Under the pieces are notes generated by a model. That model saw nothing but the letters and a program-made list of their open reading frames with translations. It did no database searches and was not told where the DNA came from. From Candidatus Micrarchaeota archaeon (GTDB lineage: Archaea; Micrarchaeota; Micrarchaeia; Norongarragalinales; Norongarragalinaceae): DNA of 47,546 bases. The stretch's first letter is position 1. Each line of letters starts with the position of its first letter. Shown here piece by piece: positions 33,286 through 41,316 of the stretch. A program made the translations under genes and the position numbers. Location: contig JABWCK010000004.1 in assembly GCA_013360305.1 (NCBI GenBank), positions 1-47,546 of the forward strand, in the 5' to 3' direction.

Positions 33286-33322
33286 CCCTTCACGAGAAAG
33301 AAAACTAACCGAAAACAAGGAA

Positions 33323-33395
33323 TAGCCCCGGGCAGATTCGAACTGCCGTCTACGGCTCCAAAGGCCGCTATACTTGACCACTATACTACGGGGCT
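33323..33395 (-). tRNA. tRNA-Gln (anticodon UUG)
   Basis: 73 nt. Acceptor AGCCCCG/CGGGGCU with the A1:U72 pair typical of archaeal tRNA-Gln. Anticodon stem GCGGC/GCCGU with loop CUUUGGA. T-arm GGCAG-UUCGAAU-CUGCC. Confidence 0.9.
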
Positions 33396-33425
33396 AAACT
33401 TTTTGAGAAAAAGTTTAATCAAAAA
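33396..33425 (-). promoter_or_regulatory. palindromic A/T promoter-like module (copy 6), abutting tRNA-Gln +1
   Basis: Minus strand reads TTTGATTAAA-CTTTTTCTCAAAAAG-TTT, immediately followed by A1 of tRNA-Gln. Confidence 0.55.
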
Positions 33426-33478
33426 AGAAAAAAAAACAGGAATAGTATTCTGTTAAAAAGAGTTTTTTAAATGCTCTC

Positions 33479-34900
33479 TTAATACGATTTGGCGAAGTAA
33501 TGCATGCTTTTAGTAGGCTTGCCGGTAATCACGCATTTTCCTTCTTCTTTAGTTAATTCAATCAAGCGGCTAGTGGCTTGAGTGTCTTGCTTGATGATTT
33601 CTTCAGCTGCTTCATCACAACAATAAGCTTGGACTAGTTTCTTGTGTTCCAATCCAATCTTTAAGTCCTTGTATTGGTCTGCAAAAATAATTGATGAGTC
33701 TAAAAATAGTTTAGCTCTAGAAAACAAGTTTGTTTGAATATCCTGCATTGCATTTAAAACGAAGTCGATTACTTTTTCTTCACTGACGAAATCCTTGTCT
33801 ATGCCGTCTCTTCGAGCAATAGTGACGCCTTGCTTGGCTAAGTCGCGCAAGCCTATTTCAATGCGTACTGGCACTCCGTAGAGTTCCCACTCGTTGAATT
33901 TGAATCCCGGAGACTTGTCTTCCCGGTCGTCTACGTGCACGCGTACGCCTTTTTCTCTTAATTGTAAAACGATTTTGTTAGCTGAAAGCAAAGCCATTTT
34001 CTTTTCTTCCAAGTCCTTAAAGATTGGAACGATAACGACTTGCACTTGAGCGATTTTTGGAGGCAACACTAATCCCTTGTCGTCAGAGTGAAGCATTATT
34101 GCTGCGCCTATTAAGCGAGTGCTGACTCCCCAGCTAGTCATCCAGCAATATTCTTGTTTTTCGTCGTTAGTTTTGTATTTGACGTCAAACATTTTAGAAA
34201 AACTCTGACCCAAATTATGGGAAGTACCGCATTGCAGTGCTTTGCCGTCTGGCATTAAAGCTTCTACAGTAGTCGTATACTCTGCTCCGGGAAACGTTTC
34301 AGACCTGCTTTTTACTCCCGCCATTACAGGCATTGCTAGCAAGTCTTGGCATACTTCGCGGTACCAGTTTAATGCTTTAGCTACCATTGCTTCAGCGTCT
34401 TCTCTTGACGCGTGGGCAGTGTGTCCTTCTTGCCACAAGAATTCCCTAGTACGCAAAAAGGGTTTTAGGGTCTTGGTATCCCAGCGAATAATGTTAGCCC
34501 ACTGGTTTAATAGCAATGGAAGGTCTCTGTGTGACGAAACCCACTTCGCGTAAGTAGAGTAAATAATAGTCTCACTTGTAGGGCGAAGCGCCAAAGGCTC
34601 GCTTAAGTCTTCGTTTCCGCCTTTAGTAACCCAAGCTACTTCAGGAGTGAATCCTGCAAAGTGTGATGCTTCTTTCTTGAGCATGGATTCAGGAATAAAC
34701 ATTGGGAAGTAAGCGTTTTGAACACCCTCTTCGGCGAATTTATTGTTTAAAAAGTCTTGAATTTGTTGCCAGACAAAGTAAGCACGGGGTCGAATAATCA
34801 TGCATCCTTGAATTGGACTGTACTCCATGAGTTGTGCTTTCTGCACTAGTTCCAAGTACCACTCGCCAAAGTTTTCATTCTTCTTGTTTTCTAAAGCCAT
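33479..34900 (-). CDS. proS: prolyl-tRNA synthetase (archaeal/eukaryotic type)
   Basis: 473 aa. Class II motifs (RPTSETIIY, FLRTREFLWQEGHTAH, GTSHNLGQ) and the conserved C-terminal tyrosine (...HYFAKSY) of the archaeal-type enzyme. Confidence 0.85.
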   Translation of the reverse strand: MALENKKNENFGEWYLELVQKAQLMEYSPIQGCMIIRPRAYFVWQQIQDFLNNKFAEEGVQNAYFPMFIPESMLKKEASHFAGFTPEVAWVTKGGNEDLSEPLALRPTSETIIYSTYAKWVSSHRDLPLLLNQWANIIRWDTKTLKPFLRTREFLWQEGHTAHASREDAEAMVAKALNWYREVCQDLLAMPVMAGVKSRSETFPGAEYTTTVEALMPDGKALQCGTSHNLGQSFSKMFDVKYKTNDEKQEYCWMTSWGVSTRLIGAAIMLHSDDKGLVLPPKIAQVQVVIVPIFKDLEEKKMALLSANKIVLQLREKGVRVHVDDREDKSPGFKFNEWELYGVPVRIEIGLRDLAKQGVTIARRDGIDKDFVSEEKVIDFVLNAMQDIQTNLFSRAKLFLDSSIIFADQYKDLKIGLEHKKLVQAYCCDEAAEEIIKQDTQATSRLIELTKEEGKCVITGKPTKSMHYFAKSY

Positions 34901-34977
34901 ACTAAAAGTATAGAACGAGTAGTTTTAAGATTCTTTAGCAAGACAACGAATTTAAACAAAAAAACGGTGTTAAGTAA

Positions 34978-35445
34978 GTGAATTACACTGAGCGAGCGCC
35001 TTTAGGTGTTTTGGGTAAGGCAATGGTTTTCGTTTTCCCAATTTTAATTTTAGTCATTAATTTCTTGTTTTGGAGTTTACCTGTGCCTTTTGAAGCTCGA
35101 TTGATTCAAGCAATAGTTTCAATAATAGTAATACTAGCATTAACCGCGTTTTGGTTTACTAGCTTTGGATTTAGTTCCAAAGAAGTAACAGCTAGCTTTG
35201 GACCAATCAAGTATTCTGTTTCGTTTAAAGATATCGAGTCAGTTCAAGTAGTTAGCGTTCCGTGGTATTTTGGTTTAGGTGTGAGAATGTATTTCTGGAA
35301 GGGAAACACTATTGGGTTTATTACTCGCCATAACAAGGCAGTCGAGTTGAAGAAAAAAACTGGTTTCTTTAAAAGAGTTTTATTGACTACTCGCGATCCT
35401 GAAGATTTTGCTGAAAAAATCAAGAAAACAACAAAACACAAGTAA
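34978..35445 (+). CDS. hypothetical membrane protein (two N-terminal TM helices plus soluble domain)
   Basis: 155 aa with a GTG start. Hydrophobic segments VFVFPILILVINFLFW and IVILALTAFWFTSFGF. No catalytic motif. Confidence 0.45.
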   Translation: MNYTERAPLGVLGKAMVFVFPILILVINFLFWSLPVPFEARLIQAIVSIIVILALTAFWFTSFGFSSKEVTASFGPIKYSVSFKDIESVQVVSVPWYFGLGVRMYFWKGNTIGFITRHNKAVELKKKTGFFKRVLLTTRDPEDFAEKIKKTTKHK

Positions 35446-35502
35446 TACAAACAAGCAGGAACCAAAATATTTTACAGTAATTAAAAAAAAGGTGTTTAGA
35501 TA

Positions 35503-35673
35503 ATGAATGAAGGAAAAAACTTATACGCTTGTACAGGCGAGTGCCACGGAGTATCAGACAAGCCAGGAACTTGTCAAGCGCATACGTGCGGAAAGCATGG
35601 AAAACCATTAGTAAAACAAAAAACTTGCCCTTGCTATAAGAAAGATAATTGTCGTTGCAAACACGCTCAATGA
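35503..35673 (+). CDS. Cys/His-rich small metal-binding-like protein (56 aa to the TGA)
   Basis: ATG 8 nt after AAGGTG. Reads MNEGKNLYACTGECHGVSDKPGTCQAHTCGKHGKPLVKQKTCPCYKKDNCRCKHAQ (8 Cys, 4 His). Not in the ORF track. The in-frame sequence after the TGA continues ICPCNEQCNCGK to the TAA at 35710-35712. Confidence 0.5.
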   Translation: MNEGKNLYACTGECHGVSDKPGTCQAHTCGKHGKPLVKQKTCPCYKKDNCRCKHAQ

Positions 35674-35714
35674 ATATGCCCATGCAATGAACAATGTAAT
35701 TGCGGGAAGTAAAA

Positions 35715-36320
35715 ATGGCTACAGCGTATTCTCACTACTTGCTAGGCTTGATTGCAGTAGTATTCTTGCTGCAAGTAGCTACAGGCTTGGAGAATGGAGT
35801 AATAACTAGCTCGCTTATTTTAGAGCCTGCTACGTTTTTCAGCGAGCCTTGGAGAATAATAACATCCATGTTATTGCATGGAAGCTTCTTCCACTTGTTT
35901 TTCAACGGCTTTGCGTTGTTAATGTTCGGCCCCTTGCTTGAACAACGAATTGGTCGAAAAAACTTTATAGGAGTATTCTTAGCAGCAGGAGTAATAGGAG
36001 CGTTGTTGTACTATGCTACAATCGTGATAGGAATCATTCCACCATTACCTGCTTTAGGTGCTTCTGCAGGAATTTACGGCATTCTAGGAGCGCTAGCAGT
36101 GTTATTCCCTGAACTAAAATTATTCTTGTTTGGTTTAATTCCGTTGAAAATGAAGTACGCGGCAGTGCTTTGGTTCTTTTTAGAATTGTTCGGAAGCTTC
36201 AACGCTTACAGCGGAATAGGCAGCGCAGCCCACTTAGGCGGATTGTTGCTAGGCTTGGCAGCTGGTTTTTACTTCAAAAAACCCCCTACTCAAAAATACG
36301 AAGTCCAATTCATCGAATAA
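35715..36320 (+). CDS. rhomboid-family intramembrane serine protease
   Basis: Polytopic protein. HGSFFHLFFNGFALLMFG (HxxxN region), catalytic GASAGIYG (GxSxG) and AAHLGGLLLG (catalytic His). ATG at 35715 is preferred to the TTG at 35700. Confidence 0.8.
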   Translation: MATAYSHYLLGLIAVVFLLQVATGLENGVITSSLILEPATFFSEPWRIITSMLLHGSFFHLFFNGFALLMFGPLLEQRIGRKNFIGVFLAAGVIGALLYYATIVIGIIPPLPALGASAGIYGILGALAVLFPELKLFLFGLIPLKMKYAAVLWFFLELFGSFNAYSGIGSAAHLGGLLLGLAAGFYFKKPPTQKYEVQFIE

Positions 36321-36357
36321 AAGAGACTTTTATAACTGGTTTTACGTTTATTCTTTC

Positions 36358-36807
36358 ATGATTTTTCTCGGCTGCGACCACGCTGGTTTCAAAGCAAAAC
36401 AAGCCGCAATTAAGTTTCTTGAAAAGAAAAAAATCGAGTTCAAAGACTTAGGCGCTTTTAATGATGAAAAAAGCGATTACCCTGATTATTGCTTCCCAGT
36501 AGCTAGAAGCGTTGCCAACAAAAAAAACAGTTTCGGATTATTATTCTGCGGTTCAGGAGAAGGCGCAGTAATTTGCGCGAACAAAGTAAAAGGAATCCGA
36601 GCTGCGCTAGTATTCAATGATTATACTGCAATCCAGCCCCGCGAACATGAAGACGCTAACATCGCTTGTTTTGCTGCTAGAATTCATTCACAAAAACAAA
36701 TACTAAAATGGATTGAATTATTTTTGAAAACAAAACCATCCAATGCACAAAGACACAAGAAGCGAGTTAAAAAAATCAACGAGTTTGAAAAAAAATGGTT
36801 GAAGTAA
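36358..36807 (+). CDS. rpiB: ribose-5-phosphate isomerase B
   Basis: 149 aa. GCDHAGF start, LFCGSGEG and RIHS... layout of the RpiB/LacAB family. Confidence 0.8.
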   Translation: MIFLGCDHAGFKAKQAAIKFLEKKKIEFKDLGAFNDEKSDYPDYCFPVARSVANKKNSFGLLFCGSGEGAVICANKVKGIRAALVFNDYTAIQPREHEDANIACFAARIHSQKQILKWIELFLKTKPSNAQRHKKRVKKINEFEKKWLK

Positions 36808-37406
36808 GTCCATCAATACTTGATGCTTCGTTAAAGCAAGCTGAAGAATTAAAGGGACTTGTTTCAAGAATGCATATAGACGTAATGGACGGATTATTTG
36901 TTGAACAAAATACTCTCAAAAAGTTTGACGCAAAAAAAATTAGTGCTTGGAACGCTTTTGAAAAAGACGTTCACTTGATGGTTGAAAAACCAGAGAAATT
37001 CATTTCAAAATATTCCAAAAACAATCGATTGATTTGGTTTCATGTTGAAGCTACTAAAAAACCTTTTGAGGTAATAGAAAAAATTAATGAGAAAAAAATG
37101 CTTGCAGGCATAGCAGTCAAGCCGTCAACGCCTTTGAAGGATTTTGCGTTTTTGTTGAACTACGTTGATTCGGTTTTAGTAATGACGGTCGAACCAGGCA
37201 AAGGAGGCCAAAAATTCATTCCGAAAATGCTTGAAAAAATCTTTTTGATTAGGAGCGTTTTTTCTAGAGAAATATGCGTTGATGGCGGAATAAACCCTTT
37301 AACAGCAAAACAAGCCGTCAAAGCAGGAGCTAGTTGTATAGTAGCGGGATCATTCATCTTTAAAGGAAACGCAGTAAAGAATACTAAGAAATTGTTGATA
37401 ACATGA
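36795..37406 (+). CDS. rpe: ribulose-phosphate 3-epimerase
   Basis: 203 aa. SPSILDAS, HIDVMDGLFV, VMTVEPGKGGQKF and VDGGIN motifs. Confidence 0.8.
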   Translation: MVEVSPSILDASLKQAEELKGLVSRMHIDVMDGLFVEQNTLKKFDAKKISAWNAFEKDVHLMVEKPEKFISKYSKNNRLIWFHVEATKKPFEVIEKINEKKMLAGIAVKPSTPLKDFAFLLNYVDSVLVMTVEPGKGGQKFIPKMLEKIFLIRSVFSREICVDGGINPLTAKQAVKAGASCIVAGSFIFKGNAVKNTKKLLIT

Positions 37407-38227
37407 AAGAATTAATGTTGACGGCAAACAAAATCAGGCAAGACGTTATCGAAATGCTAGTCGAAGCCGGTTCTGGCCACTCGGCCGGGCCTTTGGGAAT
37501 GGCGGACGTCTTTACTGCTTTGTATTTTAATCACGCTAGAATCAATCCTAAAAAACCCTGGGATGAAAACCGAGACCGAATAGTGTTAAGCAATGGACAC
37601 ATTTGTCCAGTTTGGTACGCAACTCTAGCGGAAAGAGGATTCTTTCCAGTAAGAGAATTAAAGACGCTTCGCAAAATTAACTCGCGCTTGCAAGGACACC
37701 CTCATGCTCGCGAGCTTCCGGGAATAGAAAACTCAGGCGGACCGCTTGGACAAGGTTGCAATATTGGAGTAGGCATGGCTCTAGCAGGAAAAATGGATAA
37801 AAAAAACTGGAGAGTTTACGCCTTGTTAAGCGACGGAGAATTAAACGAGGGTTGTGATTGGGAAGCATTCATGCTTGCTGCGAAATACGAGCTAGACAAC
37901 TTGTGTTTTATTATTGACAGGAACAATATTCAAATCGAAGGGCCTAGCGATAAAGTAATGCCGTTAGAACCGTTAAAGAAAAAACTAGAATCTTTCAACT
38001 TGCACGTTATTGAAGTAAACGGGAATGACTTTAAACAAGTACTAAATGCTTTGGAAAAAGCAGGAAAAACTAAAGGAATGCCTACAGCGATTATTGCCAA
38101 GACTACTCCAGGAAAAGGAGTTAGTTTCATGGAGAACGATTACAAGTGGCACGGCAAGCCTCCTAACAAGGAAGAAGCAGAAAAAGCATTAAAGGAATTA
38201 AGAAGACAGAGGACTGAATTGCTTTGA
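37403..38227 (+). CDS. transketolase, N-terminal (TPP pyrophosphate-binding) subunit
   Basis: 274 aa. SGHSAGPLGMAD, LSNGH and the GDG-type SDGELNEG TPP motif. ATGA overlap with rpe. Confidence 0.85.
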   Translation: MKELMLTANKIRQDVIEMLVEAGSGHSAGPLGMADVFTALYFNHARINPKKPWDENRDRIVLSNGHICPVWYATLAERGFFPVRELKTLRKINSRLQGHPHARELPGIENSGGPLGQGCNIGVGMALAGKMDKKNWRVYALLSDGELNEGCDWEAFMLAAKYELDNLCFIIDRNNIQIEGPSDKVMPLEPLKKKLESFNLHVIEVNGNDFKQVLNALEKAGKTKGMPTAIIAKTTPGKGVSFMENDYKWHGKPPNKEEAEKALKELRRQRTELL

Positions 38228-39180
38228 TTTTAAATCCGAAATTGTTTGAAGAAGTCGAAAAAACGCCTACTCGCGACGGTTATGGCAAAGGCGTGTTGAA
38301 GGCAGGAAAAACCAACAAAAACATCGTCGTCTTGAGTGCAGACTTGGCAGAGTCAACTAGAAGCCATTGGTTTGCTGAAGCATTCCCGAAGCGATTTATT
38401 GAAGTAGGCGTCGCAGAACAAAACATGATGGGAGCAGCTGCCGGCTTAGCGTTAAGCGGAAAAATTCCATTCGTTTCTTCTTACGCAGTATTTTCTCCAG
38501 GCCGCAGTTGGGACCATTTGAGAGTAGCTGTTTGTTACACTAACGCTAACGTAAAAATAATAGGCGCCCACGCAGGAATAAGCGTTGGTCCTGACGGAGC
38601 AACTCACCAAGCTTTGGAAGATATTGCGATTACTCGAGTACTGCCTAACTTAGTAGTGGAAGTACCTTGCGATGCGTTGGAAGCAGAAAAAACTACTCTA
38701 GCAATAATCAAACGCAAAGGACCGTGTTATTTGAGGCTTGGACGCGAGAAGACACCAGTTATTACTACTAACAAAACCCCGTTCAAAATAGGCAAAGCAG
38801 AAGTATTTCGCGAAGGAAGAGATGTTTCAATAATTGCTTGCGGATCAATGGTTTACGAAGCACTATTAGCTGCGCAGCAATTAGCTAAGGAGGGTATTGA
38901 TTGCGAGGTTGTTAATAATCATTCTATAAAGCCTATTGATGAAAAAACGATTTTAAAAACCGCTAGAAAAACTGGACGAGTTGTTACTGCGGAAGAACAC
39001 CAAGTTTTTGGCGGAATGGGTTCAGCAGTAGCTGAAGTCTTAGCGCAGCATCCGACAAGGATCGAATTCGTGGGAATGCTTGATTGTTTTGGAGAGAGCG
39101 GAAAACCATCCGAATTAATGGCTAAGTACAAAATGGACTCTAAAGCAATAATAAAAGCAGTTCACAAAATACTACAGTGA
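38224..39180 (+). CDS. transketolase, C-terminal (pyrimidine-binding) subunit
   Basis: 318 aa. FIEVGVAEQNMMGAAAGLA and GPDGATHQALEDIA motifs. TTG start overlaps the N-terminal subunit stop. Confidence 0.85.
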   Translation: MILNPKLFEEVEKTPTRDGYGKGVLKAGKTNKNIVVLSADLAESTRSHWFAEAFPKRFIEVGVAEQNMMGAAAGLALSGKIPFVSSYAVFSPGRSWDHLRVAVCYTNANVKIIGAHAGISVGPDGATHQALEDIAITRVLPNLVVEVPCDALEAEKTTLAIIKRKGPCYLRLGREKTPVITTNKTPFKIGKAEVFREGRDVSIIACGSMVYEALLAAQQLAKEGIDCEVVNNHSIKPIDEKTILKTARKTGRVVTAEEHQVFGGMGSAVAEVLAQHPTRIEFVGMLDCFGESGKPSELMAKYKMDSKAIIKAVHKILQ

Positions 39181-39190
39181 GTTTTTTAAA

Positions 39191-40588
39191 TTGATTGAAA
39201 AACGAGAACCTCAGCAGACGCTGGCTAATGAAATAGACTTGCGAAAGTCTAGAGAGTATTCTATTAAAGACGGTTTTTTTTACGCATTAATGACTGGGTT
39301 CGGGACTTCATTCATTACTCCATTTGCTTTGCGATTAGGAGCAACTATTAGCGACATTGGGTTATTGCAAACGCTACCTCAATTGCTTTCTGGATTGCTT
39401 CAATTAAGTTACGCTAAAATAACAACGTTATTCAAAAGCAGGAAGGAAATAGTAGTCAAACTAGTATCAATTCAAGCACTAATGTGGATTGGCTTGATTT
39501 TGGTTAGTTTATACGCTAAAAACTCGGCGATAAACTGGCTGATAGCTATTTACAGCATTTACGTGATTAGTGAAGCTCTAGCTAACCCTGCTTGGACTAG
39601 TTGGATGGGTGACTTAGTTCCTGAAAAACACAGAAGCGAGTATTTTGGTAAAAGAAACGAAATCACTGGCTTCGGAGCTTTTATTGCATTAATAATAGCT
39701 GGCTGGCTGCTAGGTTTTTTTGAAGACTTGTTTTCAGGACTAGCTGCTTTTACGATATTATTCTCGATAGCATTCGTTGCTAGAATGGTTTCAATATATT
39801 ATTTAACCAAGAAAATAGAACCAAGAACTGAAATAACAGTTAAAGAAAATTCTTTCGCTCACTTTTTAATTCACTTGCGCGAAACAAACTTCGGAAGGCT
39901 AGTAATATACCAATCGGTTTTAACATTCGCAGTGTTTGTTTCAGCGCCTTATTTTGCAGTCCACATGCTTGAAAACTTGGGTTTCGACTACTTTACTTTC
40001 GCGTTAATTATTTCTTCATCTCAAATAACTTTATTCTTGACAATGGTTTATTGGGGTCATGAAATACAAAGAATCGGAAACAAAACGACACTATACGCCA
40101 GCAGTTTAGTAATTGGGTTAGTACCAATATGGTGGATTTTGTTCAAAAACCCGTTGTACTTGTTTATCATCGAGTTGTTTACTGGAATTGGTTGGGCGGG
40201 TCACCGCATTGCGTCTTTAAACATGATTTTGAAAAACACGCCGCAAGAAGAAAAAACCAGGTTGGTAGCGTATTATAATTTCTTCCAAGGAATAACGATA
40301 TTCGCAGGATCAATGGTTGGAGCAGTACTAGCAGGATTCTTTCACGACAACCCGACAATACTAGGAACAGGATTAATGGGAGTATTCCTAGTATCAGGAG
40401 TATTGAGGTTGTTGTCAGTAATATTATTCCTGCCTAGAATTCAAGATACTGAAAGTACTCCGATCAAAAGCAAGTCCTTGCTAGTAAAACTAGTAACTAT
40501 ATACCCCATGCGAAGCGCTATGGCGGAAATACAATTCGGAATAAAACACAGCATTAATACGGCTAAAAAAATCAGTAAAATAAAATAA
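39191..40588 (+). CDS. MFS-type transporter
   Basis: 465 aa with about 12 predicted hydrophobic helices in a 6+6 arrangement. TTG start. Substrate unknown. Confidence 0.6.
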   Translation: MIEKREPQQTLANEIDLRKSREYSIKDGFFYALMTGFGTSFITPFALRLGATISDIGLLQTLPQLLSGLLQLSYAKITTLFKSRKEIVVKLVSIQALMWIGLILVSLYAKNSAINWLIAIYSIYVISEALANPAWTSWMGDLVPEKHRSEYFGKRNEITGFGAFIALIIAGWLLGFFEDLFSGLAAFTILFSIAFVARMVSIYYLTKKIEPRTEITVKENSFAHFLIHLRETNFGRLVIYQSVLTFAVFVSAPYFAVHMLENLGFDYFTFALIISSSQITLFLTMVYWGHEIQRIGNKTTLYASSLVIGLVPIWWILFKNPLYLFIIELFTGIGWAGHRIASLNMILKNTPQEEKTRLVAYYNFFQGITIFAGSMVGAVLAGFFHDNPTILGTGLMGVFLVSGVLRLLSVILFLPRIQDTESTPIKSKSLLVKLVTIYPMRSAMAEIQFGIKHSINTAKKISKIK

Positions 40589-40590
40589 AG

Positions 40591-40944
40591 TTAATTTCTA
40601 GCCGGCATATTCAAAAACGTTCGCAGCAAGTTTTCATGATCTGGAGTTAATTTATGCATCTTGATTCTAAAATTTCCATTCTGTTGGTTAGGAGAAAGCA
40701 ACTCGTAAGGAGTAGTTCCTTTAGGAAGATTTTTATTGAACTTAGCTAACTTGCTTTTAAGTTCTTGATGCAAATTACTCCTCTCAAGGATTTTCGGAGA
40801 GTCTACCTCTAATAGGGAATGGTCATCCTCATGTGCAATTGACACGCCCTTAAAATCATTAGCGCCCAATAAACCGGAAAAAAAAGCTATCCTATTGCCG
40901 TGGTTTTCAAATTCGTTGCTTCGTATAACCCTAAGTTTAACCAT
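40591..40944 (-). CDS. hypothetical protein
   Basis: 117-aa ORF. No motif recognised. Confidence 0.4.
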   Translation of the reverse strand: MVKLRVIRSNEFENHGNRIAFFSGLLGANDFKGVSIAHEDDHSLLEVDSPKILERSNLHQELKSKLAKFNKNLPKGTTPYELLSPNQQNGNFRIKMHKLTPDHENLLRTFLNMPARN

Positions 40945-41031
40945 ATGTTCATTAATAGGTTAAAAACGTTTATAAGACAATATACTGTTATTAAAAAAAA
41001 AAAAAACAATCATAAAAACGCTTGAGGCAGA

Positions 41032-41316
41032 ATGATAATAAAAAAAGTAACTTACAAAGTAAAACCAAGAGAACTAGAAACAGTAAAAAAAGCAGTTAGA
41101 GTTTTTGTTAAAGCAATTCATTCAAGCGAGCCTGAAACTATTTATGAAGCTTACGAGCACTCTGGGGATGAAACTAGTTTTACTCACTTCATGGCTTTTC
41201 CTAATCTTAAAGCAGAAAAAAAACACCAAACTGCAGAATATACTCTGCGTTTCGTGAAAATACTTTACCCTAATTGCAGTAAAAAACCAGTATTCACGGA
41301 CTTGAAGAAAGTTTAA
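41032..41316 (+). CDS. ABM/Dabb-like (antibiotic-biosynthesis-monooxygenase fold) small protein
   Basis: 94 aa. The pattern of a beta-strand start (KKVTYKVKP), then FV.A...EP....Y and F.HF..F is reminiscent of the ferredoxin-like ABM family. Confidence 0.35.
   Translation: MIIKKVTYKVKPRELETVKKAVRVFVKAIHSSEPETIYEAYEHSGDETSFTHFMAFPNLKAEKKHQTAEYTLRFVKILYPNCSKKPVFTDLKKV

Noticed and set aside
35671-35673. Genome-wide reassignment of TGA as the explanation for the Cys-rich extension
   Set aside because: TGA terminates several well-defined genes exactly at ATGA overlaps with the next gene (tatD, the DUF4388-like ORF, rpe) and ends the transketolase N-terminal subunit. So TGA is a functional stop in this genome.
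35420-35683. 87-aa minus-strand ORF
   Set aside because: It lies antisense to the SD-preceded Cys-rich ORF at 35503-35673. It has no start context, and its composition is typical of an antisense frame.
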